A stretch of DNA of 64,000 nucleotides from an uncultured virus (IMG/VR IMGVR_UViG_3300021400_005597) (taxonomy: Duplodnaviria; Heunggongvirae; Uroviricota; Caudoviricetes), in IMG/VR virus record IMGVR_UViG_3300021400_005597; one strand, 5' to 3'. This document shows, piece after piece, positions 10,455 through 20,524 of this stretch. A program made the translations under genes and the position numbers. Below the pieces are notes generated by a model. The model was not told where the DNA came from and searched no databases. It worked only from the letters and a program-made list of their open reading frames with translations. Position 1 is the stretch's first letter, and every line of letters begins with the position of its first letter.

Positions 10455-10602
10455 AATATAGGTCTTATCCTTTCGTTTATTTTGTTACCTATATATGTAA
10501 AAAAATAAAAAATGTATATTAGCAATTTATTATATAATTATAATAAATTAAAAATCAGCCGTAAAGCAATAAAAAAGGACTTAAATAAGTCCTTTAATTT
10601 TT

Positions 10603-11403
10603 TTATAAATCATATGGGTAGTAATCTCGATTATGTTTAATATTGTCATTAACTATGGCGACTAAGTCTTTTGTTAACGATTGGATATATTCAGGTACTA
10701 TATTATCGGCATGTGTTACTCCATCTTCGCTTACAACTTCATATCCGGTTATTTTCTCATTTTTCATATCTACATATATATGAAGGAAATCGTCATAATA
10801 TTTAGATTTCCAAGATTTGAAGAAATCTTCAAAGACAATTCTATATATGTTTGTATCTTCTCTATCAATTTCGTGCCAATAAAATTGAAAAACAGCCTCT
10901 CCATTAAATTCTAATGAAAATTGCTCGTCAAAGAAATCTAATATATCTTGGCGAATATCTTCATTATTTTTATCAAATATTTCGATTTTAAGGTTATAAT
11001 CAGACCTTAAATTCATTAATAATTTACCAAGTAAGTTTTTACCTTGTCCATCTACCTGTCCCCAAATCCTATCACCCCAGGTATTACCTTCAATTAAGTA
11101 TTCATCATCTGTATCAAGCAATTTTTCTTTTAAGTCGGGATTTTGGTCAAATTTAGCCTTTAACAGCCCGGACATTACACTTACCTTGATATATTCCCAA
11201 TCTTTACGAAGAGAAACTTTTCTGCCCTCTTTTTTGGCTTCAGATGGGCTCATAGTAGTAAATCTTATGCGGTCTTTAGGATTTATACATTTTTGTGCCT
11301 GAAAAGCAGCTTCGTTATTAGTATAGGTAAGCCCTTCAAAAGTAACAGGAGCTTCGTAAAAGTTGGACAGAAAAAAATATTCTTCTCTGAATTTATCTAT
11401 CAT
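10603..11403 (-). CDS. NADAR (YbiA) domain protein with C-terminal extension
   Basis: FLSNFY, EAAFQAQK, KAKFDQN, EGNTWGDRIWG, GKNLLGKLLM. Confidence 0.9.
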   Translation of the reverse strand: MIDKFREEYFFLSNFYEAPVTFEGLTYTNNEAAFQAQKCINPKDRIRFTTMSPSEAKKEGRKVSLRKDWEYIKVSVMSGLLKAKFDQNPDLKEKLLDTDDEYLIEGNTWGDRIWGQVDGQGKNLLGKLLMNLRSDYNLKIEIFDKNNEDIRQDILDFFDEQFSLEFNGEAVFQFYWHEIDREDTNIYRIVFEDFFKSWKSKYYDDFLHIYVDMKNEKITGYEVVSEDGVTHADNIVPEYIQSLTKDLVAIVNDNIKHNRDYYPYDL

Positions 11404-11414
11404 AAATAGTTCTC

Positions 11415-11780
11415 CTATAATAAATCATAATTTATATCATAACACCATTGATTAAACCAGCTCATAACAGTCTTTTTGTTATAGCCATATATATTTTTGC
11501 CAAGAAGAAGATCATTTAGTTCCCATTCTGCTATTTTTAATTCATCTTTTAAACCTTTATCGAACTTGGCATTATCATATATCAAATGACATATATCATT
11601 TAAGGTTTGTAGTTGTAATTTAATAGCATCTTTGTCTTTAATTGGAAGTTCTACTGCGTGGTTGGCTTCTCCCCAGACATCCATTAAAATAGAAAAATCT
11701 GTACGATCATCTGTGAATTCTTTAATAGTATCTGGGATATTTAAATATTCTTCTTGTGTTACTTCATATGGATACGGCAT
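11415..11780 (-). CDS. Hypothetical protein
   Basis: ORF with SD before MPYPY. Confidence 0.65.
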   Translation of the reverse strand: MPYPYEVTQEEYLNIPDTIKEFTDDRTDFSILMDVWGEANHAVELPIKDKDAIKLQLQTLNDICHLIYDNAKFDKGLKDELKIAEWELNDLLLGKNIYGYNKKTVMSWFNQWCYDINYDLL

Positions 11781-11782
11781 TA

Positions 11783-12226
11783 TTATCTCCTTAAATCTAC
11801 CCAATCGAAAAGTGTAGCATTGATTATATCCTGAATATCTTTATCTACAATAATTCTGGGATTATCCGGGAATGGTGCGTTTTTCTTAAAAAGACTATGT
11901 TTATGTTTTTCTTTCCAGTTTTCAAGATTTTTATTTATATTTAATGTGGATTCGTAAACTATATGTCCATCTTTAAATATATTTCCACCATAAAGATTGC
12001 CATGGTTAGAACCAAAAAATATTTCTGCCGTTTTATGAATTTTCATACCAATAGCTACTCTATTAGTGTCTTTATCAACTACAAACTTTATCATATTAGG
12101 GAAGAAACTCGGTTCAAGATTATTGAGTTCATCAAGAGAAATATTGTCATTTAAGACAAACCCTCTATCATCAAAATTATCTCTATTATCTTTATTTTCA
12201 TCTAAAACATCATCTAAATCCGGCAT
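11783..12226 (-). CDS. DUF5674-like protein
   Basis: MIKFVVD...AIG..H...LYGGNI...YESTLNI pattern. Confidence 0.5.
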   Translation of the reverse strand: MPDLDDVLDENKDNRDNFDDRGFVLNDNISLDELNNLEPSFFPNMIKFVVDKDTNRVAIGMKIHKTAEIFFGSNHGNLYGGNIFKDGHIVYESTLNINKNLENWKEKHKHSLFKKNAPFPDNPRIIVDKDIQDIINATLFDWVDLRR

Positions 12227-12338
12227 AATAATACTCCTTTTTCTATATTAAAATTATATCATATATAAAATATATGTAAAAATAAAAATAAAAAACCTTG
12301 GCGTTTATATTGCCAAGGCTTTGTCTGTGTTATAAAAA

Positions 12339-12956
12339 TTATTCATAATCATCATATTCTTCAGGGTGATTAATAATATCAATACATTCTATAGTTTCTG
12401 CATCTGGCTGTTTATAATTATCAGCTTTCTTTATAGTTTTAATATCGTTAAGAAGATTTTGAACATCTTCGTAATAAACGCAGCCACCTGCTCCGAACTG
12501 AAATTCAATACCTGTTAAATTGTCTTTAAGTATAAGGTTTGTATCAAAATACTTATGTGGCTCATCTGGCATATCATATTCACATAAACTATATGAAACT
12601 AATGAGCATTTATTTGGATTAAAGTCTCTCCAAATGTCATTAGAGCCATAATTAATATAAAAAGCATAAACTGAATTATTAAGATTAAGTTTCTTACATA
12701 AATAATCATCAAGTGCATTATCATAATCTTCGATAGTTCCGTAGATGAGCATACAAAGACCATTATTGCCTTCTATAAAATCATCTACCCACCAGCAAAT
12801 ATTTTTATTATTTTCATCAAATTCTTTGAAAGCTTTAGCTATAGCAGGTTCATCTTCTTTTTTGAAACCACAAATTATACGGTTTTCCTGATCTCCGTTA
12901 CTACCCGGGAAACCCACTCTTTTTCGTTCTTCCCACCATTTTGTTAATTCGTCCAT
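12339..12956 (-). CDS. Hypothetical protein
   Basis: 205-aa ORF with SD. Confidence 0.7.
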   Translation of the reverse strand: MDELTKWWEERKRVGFPGSNGDQENRIICGFKKEDEPAIAKAFKEFDENNKNICWWVDDFIEGNNGLCMLIYGTIEDYDNALDDYLCKKLNLNNSVYAFYINYGSNDIWRDFNPNKCSLVSYSLCEYDMPDEPHKYFDTNLILKDNLTGIEFQFGAGGCVYYEDVQNLLNDIKTIKKADNYKQPDAETIECIDIINHPEEYDDYE

Positions 12957-12970
12957 CTTAAAACTCCTTT

Positions 12971-13369
12971 CTATTCTAATTCCATATCAGCTTCATACTT
13001 TTTAGTAACTTCATCTATTATTTTATCCATATCTACATCAAAGGAAACTACATAATCATATCCGTCGAGCATATGACTTTCGTAATAAGGTGAAAAATCG
13101 ATTCTCATATTCTTATCATTTTTAATATTTTGGACAGCAACATCGACAACTTTATTTATAAAATCTTGTGCTGTTTCTTCGCCATATGTTAAGCAGAAAT
13201 TGTCATATTGTTCTACTACATCTTCATCAAAAACATCAGGGACTTCGACAGTCGCACGGTATAAAAAATCTTTACACAATTCATCTTTTATTGAAAAATT
13301 TATATCGTTAGTGTTTGTTACTGTGTGTATTTTTGGTAAATTAATATATCCTGCTAATTCTACTATCAT
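12971..13369 (-). CDS. Hypothetical protein
   Basis: Coupled to the upstream ORF; GGAGG SD. Confidence 0.7.
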   Translation of the reverse strand: MIVELAGYINLPKIHTVTNTNDINFSIKDELCKDFLYRATVEVPDVFDEDVVEQYDNFCLTYGEETAQDFINKVVDVAVQNIKNDKNMRIDFSPYYESHMLDGYDYVVSFDVDMDKIIDEVTKKYEADMELE

Positions 13370-13671
13370 AATTCTTCCTCCTCGTAAGAAATGTCTTGGT
13401 TTATATCATTAAATGTATGCTCTAAATTATAATCTACTATTTTCTTTGCAAGTTCTGCAGTATTATAACCAACAAGCTCTGTTAAAGTGAAATCTATACC
13501 ATCTCTTAATTCCGGATTATTTACATATTTAGTAACAATCCTTTCAAACATTCTGTATGTTGAATGGTTATCGTCCATTAAAAGTTCAGCCATTATTTCT
13601 GCTGATGTATTTTTTAACTCGGAACCACCGTTAATGACTGTGTTAATAATAGTTAAATCATTATTTTGCAT
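13366..13671 (-). CDS. Hypothetical protein
   Basis: Start moved to MQNNDL behind AAGGAG. Confidence 0.65.
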   Translation of the reverse strand: MQNNDLTIINTVINGGSELKNTSAEIMAELLMDDNHSTYRMFERIVTKYVNNPELRDGIDFTLTELVGYNTAELAKKIVDYNLEHTFNDINQDISYEEEEL

Positions 13672-13684
13672 ATTTTGCTCCTTG

Positions 13685-13909
13685 TTATTCAAATGAAATA
13701 TCATATAATTCAGATATTCTTGCATCGAAATCATAAATATTGCCGTTCTTGGTCCAAGCAACCTCTAATGCGATATCAGGATATTTATAAAGATTTGCCT
13801 TTATCTTGTCTAGTTCATCGTCATAAGTATCAGAAAATTTACTTATGCCTAATTGGTCCATGAACTTATCGGCGATATAATCTAATTTTCTTTATGTGTC
13901 TTTATCCAT
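13685..13909 (-). pseudogene. Decayed gene
   Basis: SD+ATG at 13909 and motif at 13933; TAA at codon 6 and a later frameshift, with protein-like sequence on both sides. Confidence 0.45.
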
Positions 13910-14108
13910 GTTGTTAAATCCTTTCTTTCTTTATATGTAAAATTATTTATTAAAAATGGAGTAAAAGCGTCTTAGTAAAGAAAATATGTGCCTTTGCAGA
14001 TTTTAAGTAGATTAAAATATGCATCTATACAGTTTTTTAAGTAAAAAAAGAAATACCCACCAAATAAATGATGGGTATTTTGGGAATCAAATTATGATTA
14101 TGATTGTT

Positions 14109-14960
14109 TTAGATGAAAGGTACATCTCCGTCATCAACGACAGGAGCTTCCTGACCGCCAACTTCCTGAGCAAATTCAGCCGGCTGAGACTGTGCTGGCT
14201 GTGCAGGTGCTTCAGCTTCCTTTGCAGGGGCTGTCTGCTCAGCTGTCTTAGTCTGTTCCTTTTCTCTCTGGAAAAGCGGGATAAGGTCAACTGACTTCTG
14301 TCCAAGGTGATCATTGTAGTAATCAATCTTTGTTACGCCATCAGACTCTCTTTCCCATACTCTTTCTGAGCCAGGACTTGTAACTACTGTTACATACATA
14401 GGTGTCTTCTCAGCATCTTCAAAGTTCTTAAACTTTGCCATCATCTTCTCGATTGGCTGCTGCTGCTTTGAGCCGTCCTGATTTGGCTTAAGATAACTTT
14501 CAGCAATATTGTAAACCTTAATTGTGTGATGGATTACCTTGTCGCCTTCCTCAACATCAATTCTGATATCAAAGTGTGGCTTCTTTGGTGTTCCGTCCTT
14601 CTTAAGATTAGCTGAACCGTCCTGTGTCTTCTCCTCATTAAGTCTTGCATATACAAGCTTACCGGATACAACAGCAAGGTCTGTAACCTCATAGTTGGAA
14701 CTCTTTGCACCAGATGCAATATGGTTAGCAAGAATAGATGTAGGGCCATTTGGGTAGCCTACTGCTGTAATGCACTCGCCAGCCTTAAAAGCGTCAGTTA
14801 ATGGTGCTGTAGTTGAGATACCCATTTCCTGATAAACGAACTTCTTACTTGCTCTGTCATAAACAGGAGTAGTAATTGTAACGCTCTGTCTGTTGTCTGC
14901 AACTGATTTGATTTTACCTGCAATAACCTGCAAGTTGGTCTTTTGATTTAAATACTTCAT
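14109..14960 (-). CDS. Putative single-stranded DNA-binding protein (OB-fold-like, SSB-type tail)
   Basis: Beta-rich body, Q/P/A linker and C-terminal DDGDVPFI; codon usage suggests high expression. Confidence 0.6.
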   Translation of the reverse strand: MKYLNQKTNLQVIAGKIKSVADNRQSVTITTPVYDRASKKFVYQEMGISTTAPLTDAFKAGECITAVGYPNGPTSILANHIASGAKSSNYEVTDLAVVSGKLVYARLNEEKTQDGSANLKKDGTPKKPHFDIRIDVEEGDKVIHHTIKVYNIAESYLKPNQDGSKQQQPIEKMMAKFKNFEDAEKTPMYVTVVTSPGSERVWERESDGVTKIDYYNDHLGQKSVDLIPLFQREKEQTKTAEQTAPAKEAEAPAQPAQSQPAEFAQEVGGQEAPVVDDGDVPFI

Positions 14961-15226
14961 AATTTTGTTCTCCTTTGTTAAAATGTTGCGACCTTACGGT
15001 CGGCTTTACTGTTTGCGTATGAATATATGTGAAAAATTATTTTAAAAGTGGGTACAAAAATAGAAATATTGAGAAAAAATATAAAAATATTAAAAAAATA
15101 CTTAAATATTGAAATATAAAAGGGAAAATATTAAAAAAAATGTTTGAAATTCAAAAGAAAAATAAAAAAACACTCAAATTTCAATTAAGAAATAAGAGTG
15201 TTTAGTGTTTATATTGTAGTTTTGTA

Positions 15227-15778
15227 TTATAAATCTTTTTCTTCTTCTTGTTCTTTACTCTCTGATAAGGATTGCATGTCGATATATGATTTTAAGTCTG
15301 CTTCGAACTTGTCCATATTATCATCTGCTTTTTTGCAATCATATAATTCTTCTGCAATGTCTCGTAAATCAGATTTATCAAGAGGTCCCAAATCAGGATC
15401 TCCGACTATGTAATAATCTTCGTTAATTACATCGTGCAAAAATACATCTCTGTCTCCTATATCAAAGATGATGTCTCCTACACTCGTTATTTCGATGTAC
15501 TGATATATGGAATCAGGAGAAAGATTAGTTTTATCTTTGATTGCTGCTTTATAAATATCCTCAAGTGATGCTGTTTCCTCAGTTACAGTAAGACCAGAGT
15601 TTGAGTCGAAATTAACATATAAGCAAGAAACATCGCCTGCTCTGTAAGAATATCTGGTACAGCCTTCTAAATCATGATATAAAGCGGTTTTAAGGTTATC
15701 ACAAAGTTCTTTTCTTTTATTGATATCTTTTTCGGCATTTATCTCTATCATTGAATTGGTTACTTCTTGTATTGTCAT
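15227..15778 (-). CDS. Hypothetical protein
   Basis: 183-aa ORF. Confidence 0.7.
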   Translation of the reverse strand: MTIQEVTNSMIEINAEKDINKRKELCDNLKTALYHDLEGCTRYSYRAGDVSCLYVNFDSNSGLTVTEETASLEDIYKAAIKDKTNLSPDSIYQYIEITSVGDIIFDIGDRDVFLHDVINEDYYIVGDPDLGPLDKSDLRDIAEELYDCKKADDNMDKFEADLKSYIDMQSLSESKEQEEEKDL

Positions 15779-15780
15779 AT

Positions 15781-17277
15781 TTATTCTCCCTCTGGTTCTG
15801 GTTCAATTTGCTCAAATCTGAAACTTACATACATTTCCGGGTGGATTGCAATTGCTGTGTCAGGCTTTAAGACTTCTTCTTCCTTTGAGTTAGATGTGAT
15901 TACTACATCTTTTGGAAGGTCATTGATTACAATGTTATATTTGGAGTCGAAAGTATATTTGCCTTTTTCATCAGGTGATACCTGACTTAACTTAAGAGTT
16001 GTACTTTCTGCTTCATAAAGGTCTGCTAAAGCCTTATCAGTTTCAAGGTAATCAAATGTGAAATAATAAGTGGTGTTTGTATCTGTATTTGACCATTCAT
16101 TTTCAGGATAATAACCTGATACCTTGAAAGAGTCTGTTAAGAAAGGTACCTTTGTAGCATTTTCAGGTGGAGTAATCTGGTCGATATCAGCTGCCCAGAC
16201 TGTTAAGTTAACCGGCTTATTGGTGTCATTCTTAATATGGATTGTGAATGCACCGTTTTGATTATCAAGAGCGTTGGTTTTATAAACAACTCCATCTAAA
16301 AGGTCCGATAATTTAGCATAACCACTAACCAAAGTATAATCTGTAGGCACGCCGTTAATCTTATTTACATAGGCATTTAACTGTCCTGATGTGTACTGTC
16401 CTAAGCCTACACAGTTAGCATCATAGATTATCGGATCTGTTGCCTGAGAAAAGTTCATCTTTGTAAAGTAATCTCTTGCAATGTCTTCAAGCTGTGTTGG
16501 TGATAAATATACCTTACCTTCTGACTGCATCTGTGAATACTGTGAAAATGCCTGATTAAGCTCAGACTCCATATCAAGAGTGATTGATGTGGTTTCTGTG
16601 GTTTCTTCTTCGGCAGTTGTTTCAGTAGTTGTTTCAGTTACTTCGGTATCTTCGGTTGATTCAGCTGTTTCTTCAGCTGTTTCTGTATTTTCTGTCTCGT
16701 CAGCCGTTTCTTCAGATGTTTCTTCATTATCATCTGTGGTTTCTTCTGTTTGCTCTTCGGTTACTTCTTCAACTGGAGCGGTTTGCTCGCTAACGGGTGT
16801 TTCTCCGAATTTTGCAAGGTCTGCATAAATCTTATTAAACATATCATCATAAGACATTGATGAAAGAGTGCCAGACACCTTTTGGAATACTACATTTGTT
16901 TTTGCACTTGAGATAGGCTCGATATCAGCGTCGATATAGATACTGTCTTTAGCATTTAAGAGTGCTGTTACATAAGCAGTATCTTTGAACTTACATAATG
17001 CTTTCTTTGCACCATTTGCTGCAAGTGTCTTTCCAGGGATTAACTCAACGAAAGTTAAATCATCATAAGTGAAAACTTCGCCGATTGTATATAATTCATC
17101 TGCTGTCTTTTCTTCTACAACTTCTTCTTCAGATTGCATAAGCATATCTTTTGTTACAGAAATACGAATGGTTGTGTCTGTAACTTCCGGTTCGCCTTCA
17201 CCAAATAAAGAACAACCGGCTAGAGATGTAGCTGTTAAAGATGTGGCTAAGAGCAATAACAATAATTTCTTTTTCAT
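15781..17277 (-). CDS. Lipoprotein with E/T-rich linker
   Basis: MKKKLLLLLL...LAGC lipobox. Confidence 0.8.
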   Translation of the reverse strand: MKKKLLLLLLATSLTATSLAGCSLFGEGEPEVTDTTIRISVTKDMLMQSEEEVVEEKTADELYTIGEVFTYDDLTFVELIPGKTLAANGAKKALCKFKDTAYVTALLNAKDSIYIDADIEPISSAKTNVVFQKVSGTLSSMSYDDMFNKIYADLAKFGETPVSEQTAPVEEVTEEQTEETTDDNEETSEETADETENTETAEETAESTEDTEVTETTTETTAEEETTETTSITLDMESELNQAFSQYSQMQSEGKVYLSPTQLEDIARDYFTKMNFSQATDPIIYDANCVGLGQYTSGQLNAYVNKINGVPTDYTLVSGYAKLSDLLDGVVYKTNALDNQNGAFTIHIKNDTNKPVNLTVWAADIDQITPPENATKVPFLTDSFKVSGYYPENEWSNTDTNTTYYFTFDYLETDKALADLYEAESTTLKLSQVSPDEKGKYTFDSKYNIVINDLPKDVVITSNSKEEEVLKPDTAIAIHPEMYVSFRFEQIEPEPEGE

Positions 17278-17323
17278 GAATATTCTCCTTTTCGGGTTTT
17301 GGATATATGTTAAAAAATATTTT

Positions 17324-17689
17324 TTATTTTTGTTCTTCAGGTGAGTAAATAGGTTTTAGATATACAAAACCATTAACCTTAAGGATTTCTTCGATAGAAA
17401 CTGCCTTATTAAACAAAAAAGAAATCTTGTTAACAAGGTCTTTTGTGTAGTTAAGGTCCTGAATGTTGAAAAATAAATTGATTTTGCACGCAAGAAAGTT
17501 TTTGAAATCGTCTTCAGAGAGGAATAGATCTGATTTATCCTTAAAATCCAAGGACATGGTAATCTGTCCGATCATCTTCTTGAAGTTCGGTGGTGTTAAA
17601 GAAAAAGATACATCATGTTTAAGATTTAATTTTCTTGTGATTGCAAGTACCTGTGAATAAGTGTTTGATACGAATTCTTTGTTGTTCAT
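17324..17689 (-). CDS. Hypothetical protein
   Basis: SD; motif at 17738. Confidence 0.65.
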   Translation of the reverse strand: MNNKEFVSNTYSQVLAITRKLNLKHDVSFSLTPPNFKKMIGQITMSLDFKDKSDLFLSEDDFKNFLACKINLFFNIQDLNYTKDLVNKISFLFNKAVSIEEILKVNGFVYLKPIYSPEEQK

Positions 17690-18255
17690 TTAAGTGTCTC
17701 CTTTTTGCAAATATGGTTTATAAAAACATTCACAGATATATGTAAAATAAAAAATTAAAAAATTTGCGAAAAAGGGGTGTAATATGGCTTGTTTTATCCA
17801 AAATGCCCAAGAACTTGATGAATTTTTTGTGCAATTCCGTATACGCTTTTATTATAATACTAAACTTTTTAATAATACATTATGGCATTTTTATTATTAT
17901 GCTGAATATTTATTAGTCATTGCATAAATTTTTTATGTATGCAGTTTATTATAGCGAGTTATTAAATACGCATACATAACTATTCTTTGCAAAGACTTTA
18001 TTAATCTATAAGTAGTAGTTAGTCTATAGTAGTGGTTAGTCTATGTGTTGCTTTTATTAGTCTTTGTATGGATTTGATTGGAATACATATTTTCTTTACT
18101 AAGAATTCCAAGAAATCTAGTTTACTAGATTTCTTAGAGATATGTGTGCATTTTTAAAAGTATTATAGATATGTGTTATCCGTTTAATTATATATAGTGC
18201 AACTTTTATTATAATTATAATTATAAATGCACTATATATTATTATAATGCATATT

Positions 18256-18269
18256 CGAACAGTTGTTTG
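18256..18269. promoter_or_regulatory. Putative LexA (Cheo) box
   Basis: CGAAC-AGTT-GTTTG upstream of the 5'-3' exonuclease operon. Confidence 0.55.
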
Positions 18270-18346
18270 CGTTTCGCAAGGAGCCCCAAAAATTATTTTT
18301 TTTATTTTACATATATCCACAAAGAAAACCGAAAGGAGATTTTATT

Positions 18347-19063
18347 ATGAGTTTTTTCGAAGGAATTTCTCATGTTTCGAGTGTTGTTGAATCTGATGAC
18401 AATGTAATCGAAAGTGTAAATGAAGATTATGATGAAATGCCTGATGATATCTATTCTGATAGCAGCGATGATGACTACGCTTCTATTGACACAGATGATT
18501 ATATGGCAGTTTCAACAGATGACGAAACTGATGAAGAAACAGACGATGACAAAAAGGTGGAAGAACTGCTTGATGATGTTCCTATGGTAGAACCAGAAGA
18601 AAAAGCAGAACCTGTTAAAGAAAAACCTAGTAAGGGGAAAGGTAAGAAAGTGGATAAGGTAAACAAAGTTAGTGAAGATGAAGTGTTAGATAAGAGTTTT
18701 ATTAAGATTGAAGATGGTGTGTGTATTGAGAATGCTAAAATCAATCTTGGCATTATTGATTCTAACCAGAAATTATCAATTTTAGGTAGTCGTGTTGAGA
18801 GTAAGGTTATTAAAGGATCTGAAATCAATATCTTTGAAAATACTGTTATTATCGGCAATATTGAATGTGATACGCTCATTATTAAGGGCGAGAATATTGG
18901 TATTTTAGGCAATCTGTCTGCTGACTTTGTAGATTTAGATGGCGATATCAAGATTAAGGGCGATATTCATACCAACAGACTTGATATGGGTGAAGATGTA
19001 AAGATTTGCGGTTCTTGTGTAATTACAGGTAGCGATGAATTTGATGAAAGTATCTTTGACTAG
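18347..19063 (+). CDS. Acidic protein with C-terminal bactofilin-like beta-helix
   Basis: Repeated I-x-G-N/D-I/L units; start at MSFFEG behind AGGAGA; motif at 18305. Confidence 0.6.
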   Translation: MSFFEGISHVSSVVESDDNVIESVNEDYDEMPDDIYSDSSDDDYASIDTDDYMAVSTDDETDEETDDDKKVEELLDDVPMVEPEEKAEPVKEKPSKGKGKKVDKVNKVSEDEVLDKSFIKIEDGVCIENAKINLGIIDSNQKLSILGSRVESKVIKGSEINIFENTVIIGNIECDTLIIKGENIGILGNLSADFVDLDGDIKIKGDIHTNRLDMGEDVKICGSCVITGSDEFDESIFD

Positions 19064-19072
19064 GAGGTAATT

Positions 19073-20056
19073 ATGTTTCTGATTATTGATGGTTCTAGTT
19101 TACTTACAACACATTATTATGCGTCTTTGCCACCGGAGATGAAAAATCTTCGTGAAGAAAGCCAGAGAGCCCTTTTTTATGAAATGTTAAGCCGTGGTGA
19201 AAACAGTAAATATAATGGTGCTCTAAAGGGTGCTCTTAAGGCCATTATGGACATTATAAGAATGCAAAAGCCTGAGTATATTGCGGTTGTGCTTGACTCT
19301 AACCGTAATACTTTCAGAAAGGACTTTTATCCTGAATATAAGGCTCAAAGAGATGAAAAGCCGGAACCATTAAAAGAACAGTTCAGGAGTTTTGAAGATA
19401 TTCTTAATTCCTGGGGCATAAATGTACTTATTCATACCAGATATGAAGCAGATGACTTTGCAGGTTCTTTAGTAAAGAAATTTGAGCAGGTAGAACCTTG
19501 TGTGGTTTACAGCAAGGATAAGGATTATTTCCAGCTTGTATCAATGAATACTACTATGTGGAAACCGTTTGTTGTTCAGGAAGACGATTATTACCCTGCT
19601 ACAAAGGATTGTCCTAAAAATACAAGGATTTTGAGATGTTCAGACTTTTATGATTCGAAAACACCGGTTAAGAGTGATCATTTTGTAGATTATCTTGCTC
19701 TTGTGGGTGATACAGCTGATAATGTGCCGGGCTGTGCCTATGTTGGGCAAAAGAGTGCTGCTACCTTAATTGCTTTATATGGCACTTTGGAGAATATTTA
19801 TAAAGAGATTGATAACAGACTCTTAAATGGAGAATATGATGAACTTGTGGCTGAGTGGAAAAATGAAGGCCTTAGGTCCAATACATTAACTGCTTTAATG
19901 TATGGCAGAGAAAATGCTTTTTTGTCAAAGATGCTTGTTACTATAAAAACTGATTTGCCTATTACGGCAGACCTTGAAGATTTTAAGACAAAGATTGTAC
20001 GAAATGAATATTATAAAACGATAAAGGAGTATAGTCTTGGCGAAGTTTTAGGATAG
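19073..20056 (+). CDS. 5'-3' exonuclease / flap endonuclease (Pol I N-terminal-like)
   Basis: IIDGSS, FRKDFYPEYKAQR, YEADD, SKDKDYFQL, LVGDTADNVPG. Confidence 0.92.
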   Translation: MFLIIDGSSLLTTHYYASLPPEMKNLREESQRALFYEMLSRGENSKYNGALKGALKAIMDIIRMQKPEYIAVVLDSNRNTFRKDFYPEYKAQRDEKPEPLKEQFRSFEDILNSWGINVLIHTRYEADDFAGSLVKKFEQVEPCVVYSKDKDYFQLVSMNTTMWKPFVVQEDDYYPATKDCPKNTRILRCSDFYDSKTPVKSDHFVDYLALVGDTADNVPGCAYVGQKSAATLIALYGTLENIYKEIDNRLLNGEYDELVAEWKNEGLRSNTLTALMYGRENAFLSKMLVTIKTDLPITADLEDFKTKIVRNEYYKTIKEYSLGEVLG

Positions 20057-20064
20057 GAGGTTTT

Positions 20065-20460
20065 ATGGGAAGAAGTAGAAAAAGTATTAAAACCGAGAAA
20101 GTAAAAAAAGTCAGGGCAAAAGATGAAACTGTATGGTATGTAGGCCATACAAATAAAGAAAATGCTCTTGGCTTTTGTCATAATCCGGGACATAAGGGGT
20201 ATCTTAGTTCGAATGCCATTAAAAAACATGAATGTCTTGGTAAACAATGCAAGTTCTTTAGCAAGTATGAGAACAAGGCATATTGGGTTAGAAAAGACCT
20301 CGTAAAAGTAGTGCAGAAATGGAAAAAGAACCCTAGGGGGTATATACTGATTGATGAACTTGCATACCAGACTGATGATGTTGAAAAACTCTTCAGAGCT
20401 TGTATGAAAATAAGAGATAAAGAAGACAGACTACCTGAAATACAATATGTGCTTAATTAA
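20065..20460 (+). CDS. Hypothetical basic protein, possible Zn site
   Basis: C-x4-H...C-x4-C; GGAGG SD. Confidence 0.65.
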   Translation: MGRSRKSIKTEKVKKVRAKDETVWYVGHTNKENALGFCHNPGHKGYLSSNAIKKHECLGKQCKFFSKYENKAYWVRKDLVKVVQKWKKNPRGYILIDELAYQTDDVEKLFRACMKIRDKEDRLPEIQYVLN

Positions 20461-20524
20461 ATAAAAGCACCTAATTCTCAATTAAGAGAAAAGGGTGCTT
20501 TATTTTTACTTTACATTATTTATT

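Noticed and set aside
13685..13909. Alternative genetic code or stop-codon readthrough
   Set aside because: The interrupting stop is TAA and comes with a frameshift; other genes translate cleanly in code 11
16580..16828. Antisense ORFs in the track (e.g. 16580+, 18499-, 57805+, 61129+)
   Set aside because: Shadows of real genes on the opposite strand; no SD or promoter motif
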